A DNA stretch of 64,000 nucleotides from Vicinamibacteria bacterium (lineage in GTDB: Bacteria > Acidobacteriota > Vicinamibacteria > Marinacidobacterales > Marinacidobacteraceae). The stretch spans positions 224,001 to 288,000 of the forward strand of contig OZ219816.1 of the NCBI GenBank assembly GCA_964291235.2. Reading direction: 5' to 3'. Position numbers and translations under genes: made by a program. How positions within the stretch are numbered: the first letter of the stretch is position 1; every line of letters begins with the position of its first letter. Below are positions 29,206-39,216 of this stretch, in pieces. The notes beneath the pieces were generated by a model. That model worked only from the letters and a program-made list of their open reading frames with translations. It did no database searches and was not told where the DNA came from.

Positions 29206-29693
29206 GGGGGGAAAGCGTGAAAGGGGGGGCACGCCCCCCCTTTCACAAAAAGAAGACGCTGATCGATCGGAACTCGCCGCAGCGCGCCCCCAGCGCGCAA
29301 GGGAGTTTCGATCCCGGCACGAAGTGCCGAGCGGCCCCGGGAGGGGGCCTTCCCGGATGCCTTCACGACTCTCCCTGAAGATGTCCACGCGGCGGCCCCT
29401 CCGGGGGCCGCTCGGTATGACGACGCGGGCCGCCGCTCCCATCCCCTGCTGTGGGGGGGGAAAGTGTGAAAGGGGGGGCTGCCCCCCCTTTCACAAAAAG
29501 AAGGCGCTGATCGATCGGAACTCGCCGCAGCGCGCCACCAGCGCGCAAGGGAGTTTCGATCCCGGCGCGAAGCGCCGGGCGGCCCCGGGAGGGGGCTTTC
29601 CCGAATGCCCCCACGACTCTTCCCGAACACGTCGGCGCGACCGGCCCCCTCCCGGGGCCGCTCAGTGCGAGTCCGGCCCCCTCCCGGGACCGC
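29206..29693. repeat. Two tandem copies of a ~210-bp multi-hairpin element
   Basis: ~29206-29415 and ~29454-29670 are highly similar; a third, diverged copy lies at 39012-39216. Confidence 0.85.
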
Positions 29694-30707
29694 TCAGTGC
29701 GAGTCCGCGTAGTGCTCCGCGAGCAGGTCCCTGCCGAAGTCGCCGCTCAGATCGCGCCAGACCGAATGGATGTGGTTCGCGCCGTTTTGCGTGTTGTCGT
29801 ATTCGATGAGGAACGTCGGGCCGTGGATCCGGTAGTAGTGCGCGTCGCCGGACTTGGCGCTGCCGGCCCAGGCGAAGTGGATGTTGTCGAGGCCGGCCGC
29901 CTCGATCTTCCCGAATTCCTCCTTGGCGAGATCGAGCCGCATCCGGCCGGTATAGACGTGCAGGAGTTGGAGGAACTTGGCGGCCTGTCCTTCGGTCATG
30001 TCGCCGGCAGCGACCCCGAGCGGCTCCCCGGGCTCCGCGACCCGGTCCGTGCCCGTCAGGATGTCGGGCGGCGCCTCGGCGTCGAAGATGACCTTCTCCC
30101 GCGCCGGGCCCTCGAAGAGCGCGAGCAGCTCCCTCGCCACCGTCTGCTCCGCCGCAAGCACTTCGAGACCCTCGTGCTTGCCTTCCCCGGCGATCGCCGG
30201 GTTGGAGCCCATGAAGGCCGGCGACGTCGCGATCACCTCGCCGTCCTTGAGAGTGACGTTGAGCGACAGATGATGCCCCTCGACCCGCCAACCCCAGGGT
30301 CCCGAGTCCGACGGCTCGTCGAACACCGTGACGTAGTAACGGTCGGAGTCGCGAATGTCGCGGCCTTCGCGCTCGTAGAGGATCTGTTCGAGGTACATGA
30401 TGCCGAGCGCCTTGCTGATGCCGTCGTGGCTGAGCGCGGTGCCGAGCAAGAGGTCGGCGAGGCGGCGCTGGGGCGGGGTGAACTCCCCGTACGGCAGTCC
30501 CTCCCGGTCGCGCGGGATGAAGTGCCAGTTGAGGCGCTCCTCGTCGTCGAAGGCGAACGTCGCCCGCTCCCGCTGATCGGTATCGAGCGAGGCCAGGAAA
30601 TGCCGCGCCCGGTCCATCATCTCCTTGCCGATGTCGTGATTCGCGGCCGTCCAGCCGATGGAGGCGGCGAGCACGAGGCAAACGCACAGTCCGGTCCTGA
30701 TCTTCAT
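29694..30707 (-). CDS. DUF3500 domain protein (secreted)
   Basis: WHFIP, WGWRVEGHHLSLN, YYRIHGPTFLIEYDN, NHIHSVWRD..GDFG. Confidence 0.9.
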   Translation of the reverse strand: MKIRTGLCVCLVLAASIGWTAANHDIGKEMMDRARHFLASLDTDQRERATFAFDDEERLNWHFIPRDREGLPYGEFTPPQRRLADLLLGTALSHDGISKALGIMYLEQILYEREGRDIRDSDRYYVTVFDEPSDSGPWGWRVEGHHLSLNVTLKDGEVIATSPAFMGSNPAIAGEGKHEGLEVLAAEQTVARELLALFEGPAREKVIFDAEAPPDILTGTDRVAEPGEPLGVAAGDMTEGQAAKFLQLLHVYTGRMRLDLAKEEFGKIEAAGLDNIHFAWAGSAKSGDAHYYRIHGPTFLIEYDNTQNGANHIHSVWRDLSGDFGRDLLAEHYADSH

Positions 30708-30814
30708 CGTCGATCCCCTTTCCGTTGCCGATTCTTACGCCCGGCGGCGGATCGCGCCAGCGCCATCCGGCGCCCGCCGCCCGCGGTGGACCACGCCGCG
30801 ACGGGCCGTCTCGC

Positions 30815-31777
30815 CTAGGCCGTCAACCGGTTCAACGTCAGGCTCGCGATGGCGAGATCCTGAACGCCCATGCCGGTCAGGTCCACGACCGAGATCCCGT
30901 CCTGCGCCATCCTGGGATCCGGCTCGGCGAGCGCCAGCATTTCGCCGAAGGAGCAGTCGCTGTCTTCGGCGACCGCGCCGGCGCGCACCGCGGCCCCGAA
31001 ATCGCTGTTGTTGAGGCACTCGCGATGGTCGTCGGTGACGATGGTGTGCGCCTTTCCCAGAATGCGCGGATCCAGCTCCGTCTTGCCCGGCGTGTCGGCG
31101 CCGACCGCCACGATGTGCAGCGTCTCGGGGACGTCTTCGAGGTGGACGACCGGCCTCGTCACCGGCGTGGTGGTGACCAGGATCGCGCTCGCCTGGCAGA
31201 CGTCCCTGACCGTGTCCCTCGCGGTGGCCTCCAGTCCGCCGGCTCGCAGCCGCTCGCAGAGCGCGGCCGCCTTGGCGGCGGACCGCCCCCAGACGGACAC
31301 CGATCCGAGCCCCAGGTGGGCGCAGATCATGGTGGCCTGGATCTGGGCCTGGGTTCCGGTGCCGATCACCCCGAGCGTCGCGCCCTCGGACACCGGCTTC
31401 AGGGCGGCGGCAAGGGCCCCGGCGGCGGCGGTGCGGACGTTGGTGAGCCAGCAGTCGTCCTGGAGAATGGCTTCCGGCAGGCCGGTCTCGGCGGAGATCA
31501 GGATGACCATGCCGCCGGCGCCCGGCAGGCCGCGGGCCGCGTTCCGGTACGACCCCGAGGCGATCTTGACCGCCACGTAGGGGAGGCCGCGCCAGGTCGC
31601 CGACTTGACGTGGCACTCGCCGTGCTGCTCCTGCTGATCGTCCCGAAACACGATCTGCGTCGGCTCGGGGCAGTGCACCAGCCCCTGCGCGTGGGCGATG
31701 AATCCGGCCTTGACGGCCTCGATGGCCGCTTCCGGGGTGACGGCCGACTCGATGTCGGCGAGGGGCACGATGCGCAT
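30815..31777 (-). CDS. Ornithine cyclodeaminase/mu-crystallin family protein
   Basis: LTNVRTAAAG, GVIGTGTQA, AVGADTPGKTELDP, DLTGMGVQD. Confidence 0.9.
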   Translation of the reverse strand: MRIVPLADIESAVTPEAAIEAVKAGFIAHAQGLVHCPEPTQIVFRDDQQEQHGECHVKSATWRGLPYVAVKIASGSYRNAARGLPGAGGMVILISAETGLPEAILQDDCWLTNVRTAAAGALAAALKPVSEGATLGVIGTGTQAQIQATMICAHLGLGSVSVWGRSAAKAAALCERLRAGGLEATARDTVRDVCQASAILVTTTPVTRPVVHLEDVPETLHIVAVGADTPGKTELDPRILGKAHTIVTDDHRECLNNSDFGAAVRAGAVAEDSDCSFGEMLALAEPDPRMAQDGISVVDLTGMGVQDLAIASLTLNRLTA

Positions 31778-31804
31778 CAGGAGTGTCCTTTTGGGTAAGG
31801 GAGT

Positions 31805-32179
31805 TCAGGAAAACCAGGTCTTCAACTTCTCGGCGGCCTGTTGCTTGTGTTCCGGCTTGATGTGGTGCACCACGGACGCCAGCGCGAGCGCCAGCACGCC
31901 CAGATCGTCCGAATACCCGGCGCCCGGCAGGATGTCGGGAATGGCATCCAGCGGAAAGATGAAGTAGCCGAGCGCGCCCATGATGCGCGCGCGGGCCCAT
32001 TTGGGAGTGTTCGGGTCGCGAAGGCAGTGGTAGAGGACCAGCGCCCCCCGAACCACCTCCTTGCCCGCCGCCGGGGCGAAGGTGGCGACCTTCTCCCGAA
32101 AGGACTTCTTGCTGTAGGCCGCCTCGTAGTCGGGCTCGGCGGGCGGGTTCGGAACGTGGTCCCCCGCGGCGTCAGTCAC
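31805..32179 (-). CDS. YkvA/DUF1232 family membrane protein
   Basis: ALGYFIFPLDAIPDILPGAGYSDDL. Confidence 0.9.
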   Translation of the reverse strand: MTDAAGDHVPNPPAEPDYEAAYSKKSFREKVATFAPAAGKEVVRGALVLYHCLRDPNTPKWARARIMGALGYFIFPLDAIPDILPGAGYSDDLGVLALALASVVHHIKPEHKQQAAEKLKTWFS

Positions 32180-32248
32180 CGGGCGTCCCTTGAACGGCAG
32201 ACGGCGGGCGGGTCCTGCTTCCCGCAGCGGCTGCCGCCCGTCACCCCG

Positions 32249-32683
32249 TCAGGTCTGGTGCCGCCGCGCCGCCAGCCCGAGCGCGGCGGCAATCAGGATC
32301 AGCGCCAGCGGAACCAGCGCGGTGATGAGACCGAGGCCGATCCCGAGCGCCGGAAGCCGGAGCAGGATCACCACGGTGTTCACCAGGCTGGCCACCAGCA
32401 GCAGGCGGAACAGCCGGCCCTTCCTCCGGTAGGGGCCCCACGCGATCCCGAACAGCAAGATCCCGTAGGAGAGCCCGAAGGCGGCCGCCGTGCCCCGGCG
32501 GGCGGAGAGCGCCGCCGCGAGTTCGGGGTCGCCGTTCGCGACCTCGGCCGGCGTGAACCGGCCGCCGATCAGGTCGGCATCCGGGTTCAGGTAGGCGGCG
32601 CTGAGCGAGGTCAGCGAAATCAGCACCGTGATGGCTCCCAGCAGGGCGAAGAGCACCCAACTGATGGTGTGCGCGTGTTTCAT
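32249..32683 (-). CDS. Hypothetical membrane protein
   Basis: Four hydrophobic segments; directly downstream of the amidohydrolase. Confidence 0.7.
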   Translation of the reverse strand: MKHAHTISWVLFALLGAITVLISLTSLSAAYLNPDADLIGGRFTPAEVANGDPELAAALSARRGTAAAFGLSYGILLFGIAWGPYRRKGRLFRLLLVASLVNTVVILLRLPALGIGLGLITALVPLALILIAAALGLAARRHQT

Positions 32684-32693
32684 GGTGGGTCGC

Positions 32694-33965
32694 CTACTCG
32701 CCGCCGACCCAGCCGGCGCTCAGGCCGGCCCGATCCACCTCCTCGCCCCGGAGGTACACCGAGACGATGCGGCGGGTGTTCGTGATGTCATCGAGCGGAT
32801 TCGCTTCGAGGACCACGAAGTCGGCGTCCTTGCCGGCCGCGACGGTGCCGGTGTTGTCCATCATCAGGTACTCGGCGGCGGCGCCGGTGGAGGCGACGAT
32901 CACCTCGTGGGGGGTCATCCCGGACTCGACCATGTCCCGCATCTCGATGTGGGGCCGCCAGCCGGCGTTCCCGTCGGTCCCCATGGCGATCTTCATGCCC
33001 GCCTCGTTCAGCCGGGCGAGGTTCCTCGCCTGGATGCCGAAGGACTCGTGGGACTCCGGCCGGTCCATGTGCGCGGCCTGCGCCGCTTCGAGCGCCTCGC
33101 CGCTGAGGGTCCCCGAGAGCCAGCTCATGTCCTCGTGGGCGCCCCGGGCGCCCAGATTGGGAATCAGGACCACGTTCGGCCGTTCCTGGACCATCGCCAT
33201 GAACTCGTCGTCCACGTCCATGTCGCGGACGCTGTGGGCGAACGAGTCCACCCCGGCCTCCAGCAGTCCCTTCGCGTCCTCGAGCGAGAAGATGTGGGCC
33301 GTGACCCGGAGGCCGTGCTGGTGGGCCTCGTCGATGACCGCGCCGTACAGCTCCGGCGTCAGCTTGTCGTACTGGCCGCCCCGGTCGTCCACCCAGATCT
33401 TCACGAAGTCCACGTTGGCTCCGGCGAGTTCCTGGACCGCGGTCCGGGCTTCCTCCGGCGTGTTGATCCAGTAGGGGACTTCGGAGCGTCCGGGCTCGTG
33501 CCGGCTGATCCCGCGGCCGGCGGTCATCGCGCGCGCCGCGCCGGCGACCGGGGCGTCCCGGACGGCGGCCGTCGCGTCCCCGTCGTCGTGTCCGAGGCTC
33601 ACCGCAACGCCCACGCCGTAGTAGGCCCGCCGCTGCAGATCGTCGATCAGCGCCTCGCGCGGCACGGAGAGGTGGACGTGGGTATCAACAAGCGCCGGAA
33701 TGACCGTCTGGCCGCTGAGGTCCACGTGCGCGGCGCCCTCCGGCGCCATGACCGCGTCGGAGGCGCCCGCGGCGACGAAACGGCCGCCATCCACCACGAA
33801 GGTGGCGTTTTCGATCGGGTCGCTGCCGTCACCCACGATCAGCGTCGCCCCGTGAAACACGGTGGCGGTGGACGGCGGCGCCTCCTCGGTCGGGGCGCAG
33901 GCGCCCGCGAGCAACAAGGCGGCGGAAAGGGTGGCGCAGACCGCGCCGGTCCGGTTTCGCAACAT
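32694..33965 (-). CDS. Metal-dependent amidohydrolase (probable lipoprotein)
   Basis: LAGAC lipobox-like, PALVDTHVH, GTD, GKDADFVVLEANPL. Confidence 0.9.
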   Translation of the reverse strand: MLRNRTGAVCATLSAALLLAGACAPTEEAPPSTATVFHGATLIVGDGSDPIENATFVVDGGRFVAAGASDAVMAPEGAAHVDLSGQTVIPALVDTHVHLSVPREALIDDLQRRAYYGVGVAVSLGHDDGDATAAVRDAPVAGAARAMTAGRGISRHEPGRSEVPYWINTPEEARTAVQELAGANVDFVKIWVDDRGGQYDKLTPELYGAVIDEAHQHGLRVTAHIFSLEDAKGLLEAGVDSFAHSVRDMDVDDEFMAMVQERPNVVLIPNLGARGAHEDMSWLSGTLSGEALEAAQAAHMDRPESHESFGIQARNLARLNEAGMKIAMGTDGNAGWRPHIEMRDMVESGMTPHEVIVASTGAAAEYLMMDNTGTVAAGKDADFVVLEANPLDDITNTRRIVSVYLRGEEVDRAGLSAGWVGGE

Positions 33966-34213
33966 GGCGTCTCCTCCTGATCTTGCGGCGGGGTCCCGGA
34001 CCCGGCCGCGGGGGCTTCGATTCGAAAAGGAGAGCCTACCGGCTCTTGGGCCGTCCCCGCACCCGTGGGCGGCTCGGGCGCCCAGCCCGTGCTCCGGTAG
34101 AGCGACGCGGAGCGTCCCTTCAGCCCGAGTTTTCCCCTCGGAGGCCGTCCATTCCGTCCAGGGAAAGTGAGGGAGAGATCCTGTCTCCCGGTAGCCGCAT
34201 CAGCGGACAGTTC

Positions 34214-34684
34214 GTGCGTCCGCAACCGCCGGGAGCGGAAGGCGCGCTCTTTCAAGCGCTTGCGCAAGCGGGAGCCGGTGCGGCGACCGCCTATACTGCG
34301 ACTCGAGAGGTCCGATCGATGGCGTCCGAGGTCGCAGCCGCGCAGGTTCAGGCGACGCTGGTGGAATACCGGACCATGTTCGCCGAGCGCGACCGGCAAC
34401 TGGATGCGAGGTTCGCCGAGCGCGACCAGAAGCTGGATGCGATGTTCGCCGAGCGTGACCAGAAGCTGGATGCGATGTTCGCCGAGCGCGACCGGAGACT
34501 GGACGCAATCAGCGCCGAACACGAACGGAGACTGGATGCGTTGACCGCCGAGATGCGGGCGGGCTTTGGGGTCATGAACGCGCGGATCGACGCACTCCAG
34601 CGGGAGTTGCGGCTGATCTGGGGCGCGCTCGGAGCCCTGATCACGCTGCTGACGGTGGTCTTCGGCTTCTTGTTCCGCGGCTGA
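34214..34684 (+). CDS. CCDC90/DUF1640-like coiled-coil protein with 33-bp (FAERDQKLDAM) repeats and C-terminal TM
   Basis: Four to five 11-aa repeats; head GALFQALAQAG..YT resembles that of the 41450 gene. Start uncertain (34214 or 34319). Confidence 0.75.
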   Translation: MRPQPPGAEGALFQALAQAGAGAATAYTATREVRSMASEVAAAQVQATLVEYRTMFAERDRQLDARFAERDQKLDAMFAERDQKLDAMFAERDRRLDAISAEHERRLDALTAEMRAGFGVMNARIDALQRELRLIWGALGALITLLTVVFGFLFRG

Positions 34685-34718
34685 ACGGGCATCATCCCCG
34701 GAACGAGGAGCCGGGGTC

Positions 34719-36711
34719 ATGAGACAGCACCGTTATTTCGTCGTCGCAGCCGGATACGCGCTCGCCGCGGGGCTCGCGTGTTCCCCGGAGGGAAGCGACC
34801 CACCGCCCGAGGCGGGCGATACCGCCGGGGACGCGGCTGCCGGCCCGATCGGCGCCGCCGAACTGATGGACCTGCGCGCCGCGGTCGGGGGAAGCCGTTC
34901 CCCGCAGTGGGCGCCGGACGGATCCCTCATCACCTTCATCTCCGCCGCGGGCGACCTCGCCGGTGTGGACCCCGAGGGCGGGTCGTTCCGGGTTCTCACC
35001 CCGGACCTGACCCTCAGCGGGGTGGGATCGCTGGGGGCCCCGCAGCCGGTGTGGTCGCCCGACGGCGCTTCGTCGCCTACACCACCGACCGCGGCGGCGC
35101 GCCGGACATCTGGCTGTGGTCGGCCGAGGACGGTACGGACCGGCGGCTCACCCGGCTCTCGGCGCGGGCGAACGGGCTCGCCTGGTCTCCGGACGGAGCC
35201 TGGATCGCGTTCGCGGGCGACCGGTTCGGCAGCATGGACATCTGGAAGGTGTCGGTCCCCGGGGGAGAGGTGCACCGGCTGACCAGCGGCCCGCTCTACG
35301 AGGGGTATCCGAGCTGGGCTCCGGACTCCGGGGCGCTCTATTTCGTTCGCATGGACGACCGCTGGGTGGATCACGACGTGATCGAGATCACCCCCGACGG
35401 CCGGAATCCGCGCACCGTGCTGGCGGACCGCGGCTTCTTCGACTACCGCGCGGGCCGGGCGTTCGGCGCCGTCCAACCGTCCCCCGACGGCGAGCGCCTG
35501 CTCTTCCGCTCCCAGCGCAGCGGCTGGCTGAACTTCTGGATCGCGCCGCGCGCGGGGGGTGAAGCCCCGGCCGCTCGCGGCTGCGGACCATGACCAGAGC
35601 GACGCCCGCTGGTCGCCCGACGGCACCTGGGTCAGCTACACCGAGAACCGCGGCGGCGTGCATTCCCTGCGGCTGGCGGCGGCGGACGGGTCCGGGGGCC
35701 GGACGCTCGTGGAGCGGGAAACTGGAGCGGCGCTCCGTCCCGAGTGGTCACCCGAGGGGGAACCGGATCAGCTACACCTTCGAGACCCCGGCGCGTCCCG
35801 CGGAGCTCTTCGTGCTCGACGTGGCTTCGGGAGAGAGTGCGCTGGTCCACAGCGAGATCGGGGCGGATGCCGACCCCCGGATCCGGCTCCCCGAAAAAGT
35901 CCACTACCCGAGCACCGACGACCTCACCATCGAGGCCTACCTGCACCGGCCGCCGGACGCGGCTCCCGGCGAACGCTTCCCCGGCCTGCTCTGGATCCAC
36001 GGCGGACCGACGTCCCAGTTCGACGACCAGTTCCGCCGGCATCAGCAGGTCCACTTCTTCGCCGAGCGCGGTTACGTCGTGCTGATGCCGAACATTCGCG
36101 GCAGCTCCGGCTACGGCCTCGAGTTCGAGGACCTCAACAACGGCTGCTGGGGCCACTGTGACCTCGAGGACATCCTCGCCGGGGTGGACTTCCTGAAGAG
36201 CCGTTCCGACGTGGACCCCGACCGGATCGGGGTCACCGGAACCAGCTACGGCGGGATCATGACCATGGCGGCGGTCGCCTTCGCCCCCGATGTCTTCCAG
36301 GCGGCCATCTCGCTGTCGGGCTACGGCGACATGACCGAGTTCCACACCACGGTTCAGGAGCTCCAGCACATCAAGCTGGTCGAGTACGAGCTCGGCCCGT
36401 ATCCCGAAAACCTCGAGACGTACCTGACCACCTCGGCCATCCTGAAGGCGCACCAGGTCACGACCCCGACGTTCGTGATCCAGGGTGAAGGAGTGGCGGC
36501 CGGCTGGCGGATGCGCGAAGGCCAACCGCAGGCCGCGCTGACCTTCGCGCGCAAGCTCGACCAGTACTACAAGATCGTGCGCTACAAGGCGTATCCGAAC
36601 GAGGGGTACTACGTCTACGGGAGGGAGAACACGATCCAGAAACTCCACGACATGCTGGATTTCTTCAAGGAATTCCTGGTCACCGACATCCGCTACCCGG
36701 CCGAGGAGTAA
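34719..36711 (+). CDS. S9 family peptidase, paralogue of 18929-20902, with three apparent frameshifts
   Basis: Pieces in ORFs 34719, 34778, 35559 and 35590; HGGPTSQF, GCWGHCD, GTSYGG. Shifts near 35065, 35558 and 35757. Confidence 0.85.
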
Positions 36712-36757
36712 TCCTCGGCGCCGACGGCCGGACTACCGGCCCGGATCCGGCCGGTCA

Positions 36758-37483
36758 TCAGCCTGAGGCGCCGCCTTCCGCCGCGGATGGCCGCAGGACC
36801 CGCATTCCCAGCCAGCCCATGAACAGGTCCCACGAGGCGTGGAACACGACCCCCGGCCAGACGGACCCGGTCTCGAGCACCACGAATCCCCACGCCAGCG
36901 CTCCCCCGGCCGCCCCGACCACCCCCCGCCGTCCCTGGTAGGCGTGCGCGGCCCCGAAGAAGAGGGCCGGCAAGCCGATCGCGAACGCAGCTCCTTCCCA
37001 CCCGGGGCCCAGCCAGCCGTAGAGGACGGCGATCATGAAGCCGCGATAGGCGATCTCCTCGCCAACCCCCGCGCTCAGGGCCAGGACCGCGTATCCCCGG
37101 AACTCGGAGGCCGAGACCGGCACGAACGGCGTCTCGATCCGGAGTCGCTTTCGGGTGGCGGCGATCCGCGAGGGCGCCACCCGCCGGGATGCGTCCGTGG
37201 CCAGAGCGACGAGAAGCAGGAGAAAGGCCCCGACCGCGGGCCAGGTCCAGCGCGGGACTCCCAGGCCCAGCCCGGTCCAGCTGCGCCCGGCGAGGCCCCA
37301 CCAGATCACGGTCCCCGCGGCGAGAATCCACAGGACCACGCTGCCGCTCCGATAGATGGAGCGCTTTTCGGCGGCGGTGAGTTCTGCCGGCGCCTGCCGG
37401 CGGGCGTCGCGAAGGGCGAGGGCTCCCGACCACGCCGAGGCCCCCGAGACCAGGATCAGCACGCCCAGCCAAATGGCGTCCAT
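36758..37483 (-). CDS. CPBP (CAAX/Abi) intramembrane metalloprotease
   Basis: EEIAYRG, FGAAHAYQG, HASWD. Start uncertain. Confidence 0.9.
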   Translation of the reverse strand: MDAIWLGVLILVSGASAWSGALALRDARRQAPAELTAAEKRSIYRSGSVVLWILAAGTVIWWGLAGRSWTGLGLGVPRWTWPAVGAFLLLLVALATDASRRVAPSRIAATRKRLRIETPFVPVSASEFRGYAVLALSAGVGEEIAYRGFMIAVLYGWLGPGWEGAAFAIGLPALFFGAAHAYQGRRGVVGAAGGALAWGFVVLETGSVWPGVVFHASWDLFMGWLGMRVLRPSAAEGGASG

Positions 37484-37587
37484 CAGTCCGGGTTCGATGC
37501 GCTCCAGCTTCCTGCGTCCCTCGTTGCGGCGCGGAGTATAGGGAGCCGCGGGCGGTGGGCCGGGTGAGGCCGCCAAGGCGACCCAGG

Positions 37588-37625
37588 TCCTGCGGCCGCC
37601 AGACCGCGATCTCGCGTCCGTGGCG
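37588..37625 (-). pseudogene. 38-bp diverged fragment of the LVIVD gene (copy of 39362-39399)
   Basis: 31/38 identical. Encodes RHGREIAVWRPQD versus RQGREIAVFWPQD. Confidence 0.65.
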
Positions 37626-37648
37626 CGGGGGGCCGGAAGCGCCCCGCA

Positions 37649-38806
37649 TCAAAGGCCTTCGGCCACCAGTCGTTCGAGCCCGATGGCCTCCACGTCTTCG
37701 TGCAGCGGGAAGCGGCCGTCGCCGGGGAAGATGACGAAGAGCCGCTCAAGCTTGAGGTCGGTGAGCGCCGAATGCATGGAGCGCGTCATTTGCGGGGCGC
37801 TGGTGCGCTTGAACTCGAACCCCCAGCGACGGCCGCCGTCGAGTGCCAGCAAATCCAGCTCCGCGCCTCCGTGTGTACCCCAGTAGTAGCAATTCTCCCA
37901 GGCGAATCCGAGGCGATGGACGACCTCGTGGAGGGCGAAACCCTCCCAGGAGAGGCCCGACTTCGGGTGGCCGAGCAGCGCCTCGGAAGATTCGAGGCCC
38001 AGGAGCGCGTGCAGGAGGCCGGAATCGGCCAGGTACACCTTCGGCGCCTTGACCTGCCGCTTCTTCAGGTTTTGGAACCAGGGCACCAGACGCCGCACCA
38101 CCAGCGCATCCACGAGAGCGTCGAGGTAGGTCGCGACCGTCGGAGCGGTGACACCGAGGGCGCGAGCCAGCTCGGCGTGATTCCAGACGCTCCCGTGATA
38201 GTGCGCCACCATCGTCCAGAAGCGCCGCATGGTGGCCGCCGGAACCATGACGCCCAGTTGCGGGAGGTCCCGCTCCAGGAAGGTCCGGATGAAGGTGGCG
38301 CGCCAGCGCAGACTCCGGCGGTCATCCACGGCGAAGAACGAGCGGGGAAACCCACCCCGAAGCCAGAGCCGCTCCGCGACTCCGGAACCTGTCCCGACCT
38401 CGCCAAACCGGAACGGCGGAAGTTCGTGGTACGCGATGCGCCCCGCCAGGCTCTCGGACGACTGGCGCAGCAGCGCCGGGCTCGCACTTCCGAGGATGAG
38501 GAAGCGGGCCGGGTTGTCGGGGCGGTCCACGAGCACCCGAAGGAGACCGAAGATCTCCTCATGGCGTTGCACCTCGTCAACGACGACCAGGCCGCGAAGA
38601 GGCGCCAGGGCGAGCTTGGCGTCCGCCAGTCGGCGCTCGTGGGTCGGGTCCTCCAGGTCGAAGACGGTCACCGGTCCCGGCAGGTCCGCGATCAGTCGGC
38701 GGGCGAGGGTTGTCTTGCCCACCTGGCGCGCCCCCACGATCGCGACCACCGGGAAGTCTTCGAGGAGTTCCCGGACCTGCGCCTCGTGTTCCCGGCGAAC
38801 GATCAT
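37649..38806 (-). CDS. AAA_14 ATPase with DUF4143 and C-terminal nuclease-like domain
   Basis: GARQVGKTT, VVDEVQ, LGSAS, GGFP, KAPKVYLADSG, ELDL...FEFK. Confidence 0.92.
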   Translation of the reverse strand: MIVRREHEAQVRELLEDFPVVAIVGARQVGKTTLARRLIADLPGPVTVFDLEDPTHERRLADAKLALAPLRGLVVVDEVQRHEEIFGLLRVLVDRPDNPARFLILGSASPALLRQSSESLAGRIAYHELPPFRFGEVGTGSGVAERLWLRGGFPRSFFAVDDRRSLRWRATFIRTFLERDLPQLGVMVPAATMRRFWTMVAHYHGSVWNHAELARALGVTAPTVATYLDALVDALVVRRLVPWFQNLKKRQVKAPKVYLADSGLLHALLGLESSEALLGHPKSGLSWEGFALHEVVHRLGFAWENCYYWGTHGGAELDLLALDGGRRWGFEFKRTSAPQMTRSMHSALTDLKLERLFVIFPGDGRFPLHEDVEAIGLERLVAEGL

Positions 38807-38819
38807 GGCGTGATGATAG

Positions 38820-38852
38820 TTGAAAATCAAAAATAGAGTTTTTGATTTTCAA
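38820..38852. promoter_or_regulatory. Perfect AT-rich inverted repeat upstream of the ATPase
   Basis: TTGAAAATCAAAAA-tagag-TTTTTGATTTTCAA (14-bp arms). Confidence 0.75.
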
Positions 38853-39011
38853 GATTCGATGCGACCCCTGTCGGTAGAGGTCGCTCCTGGTTCGCCGGAG
38901 ATTTCCACCGCCGCAGGCCGCAGTTGGATGGCCCCGGTTTCCTTGGCGCAGCGGCGGGAGCGGGCACCTGCGTTTGGGTCCGGCCCCGACGGCGCGAGCG
39001 CTGGAGCCAAA

Positions 39012-39216
39012 GGGGGGAAAGTGTGAAAGGGGGGCTCGCCCCCCGTTCACAAAACGACTCCTCCAATCGAAACTCGCCGAAGCGCGCCGCGCGCGCGAGG
39101 GAGTTGCGATTGCCGACGCGTAGCGTCGGGCGGTTCGGGAGCGGGGCACCGCGATCGGTCCCGGCGGCGCAACGGCACTGGCGCCGGAGTCCGGCCCCGC
39201 TCCCGGACCGCTCGGA
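39012..39216. repeat. Third, diverged copy of the multi-hairpin element
   Basis: GGGGGAAAGTGTGAAAGGGGGGC..CCCCC.TTCACAAAA, ATCGAAACTC...GAGTTGCGAT, tail GAGTCCGGCCCC..CCCGGACCGCTC. Confidence 0.7.
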
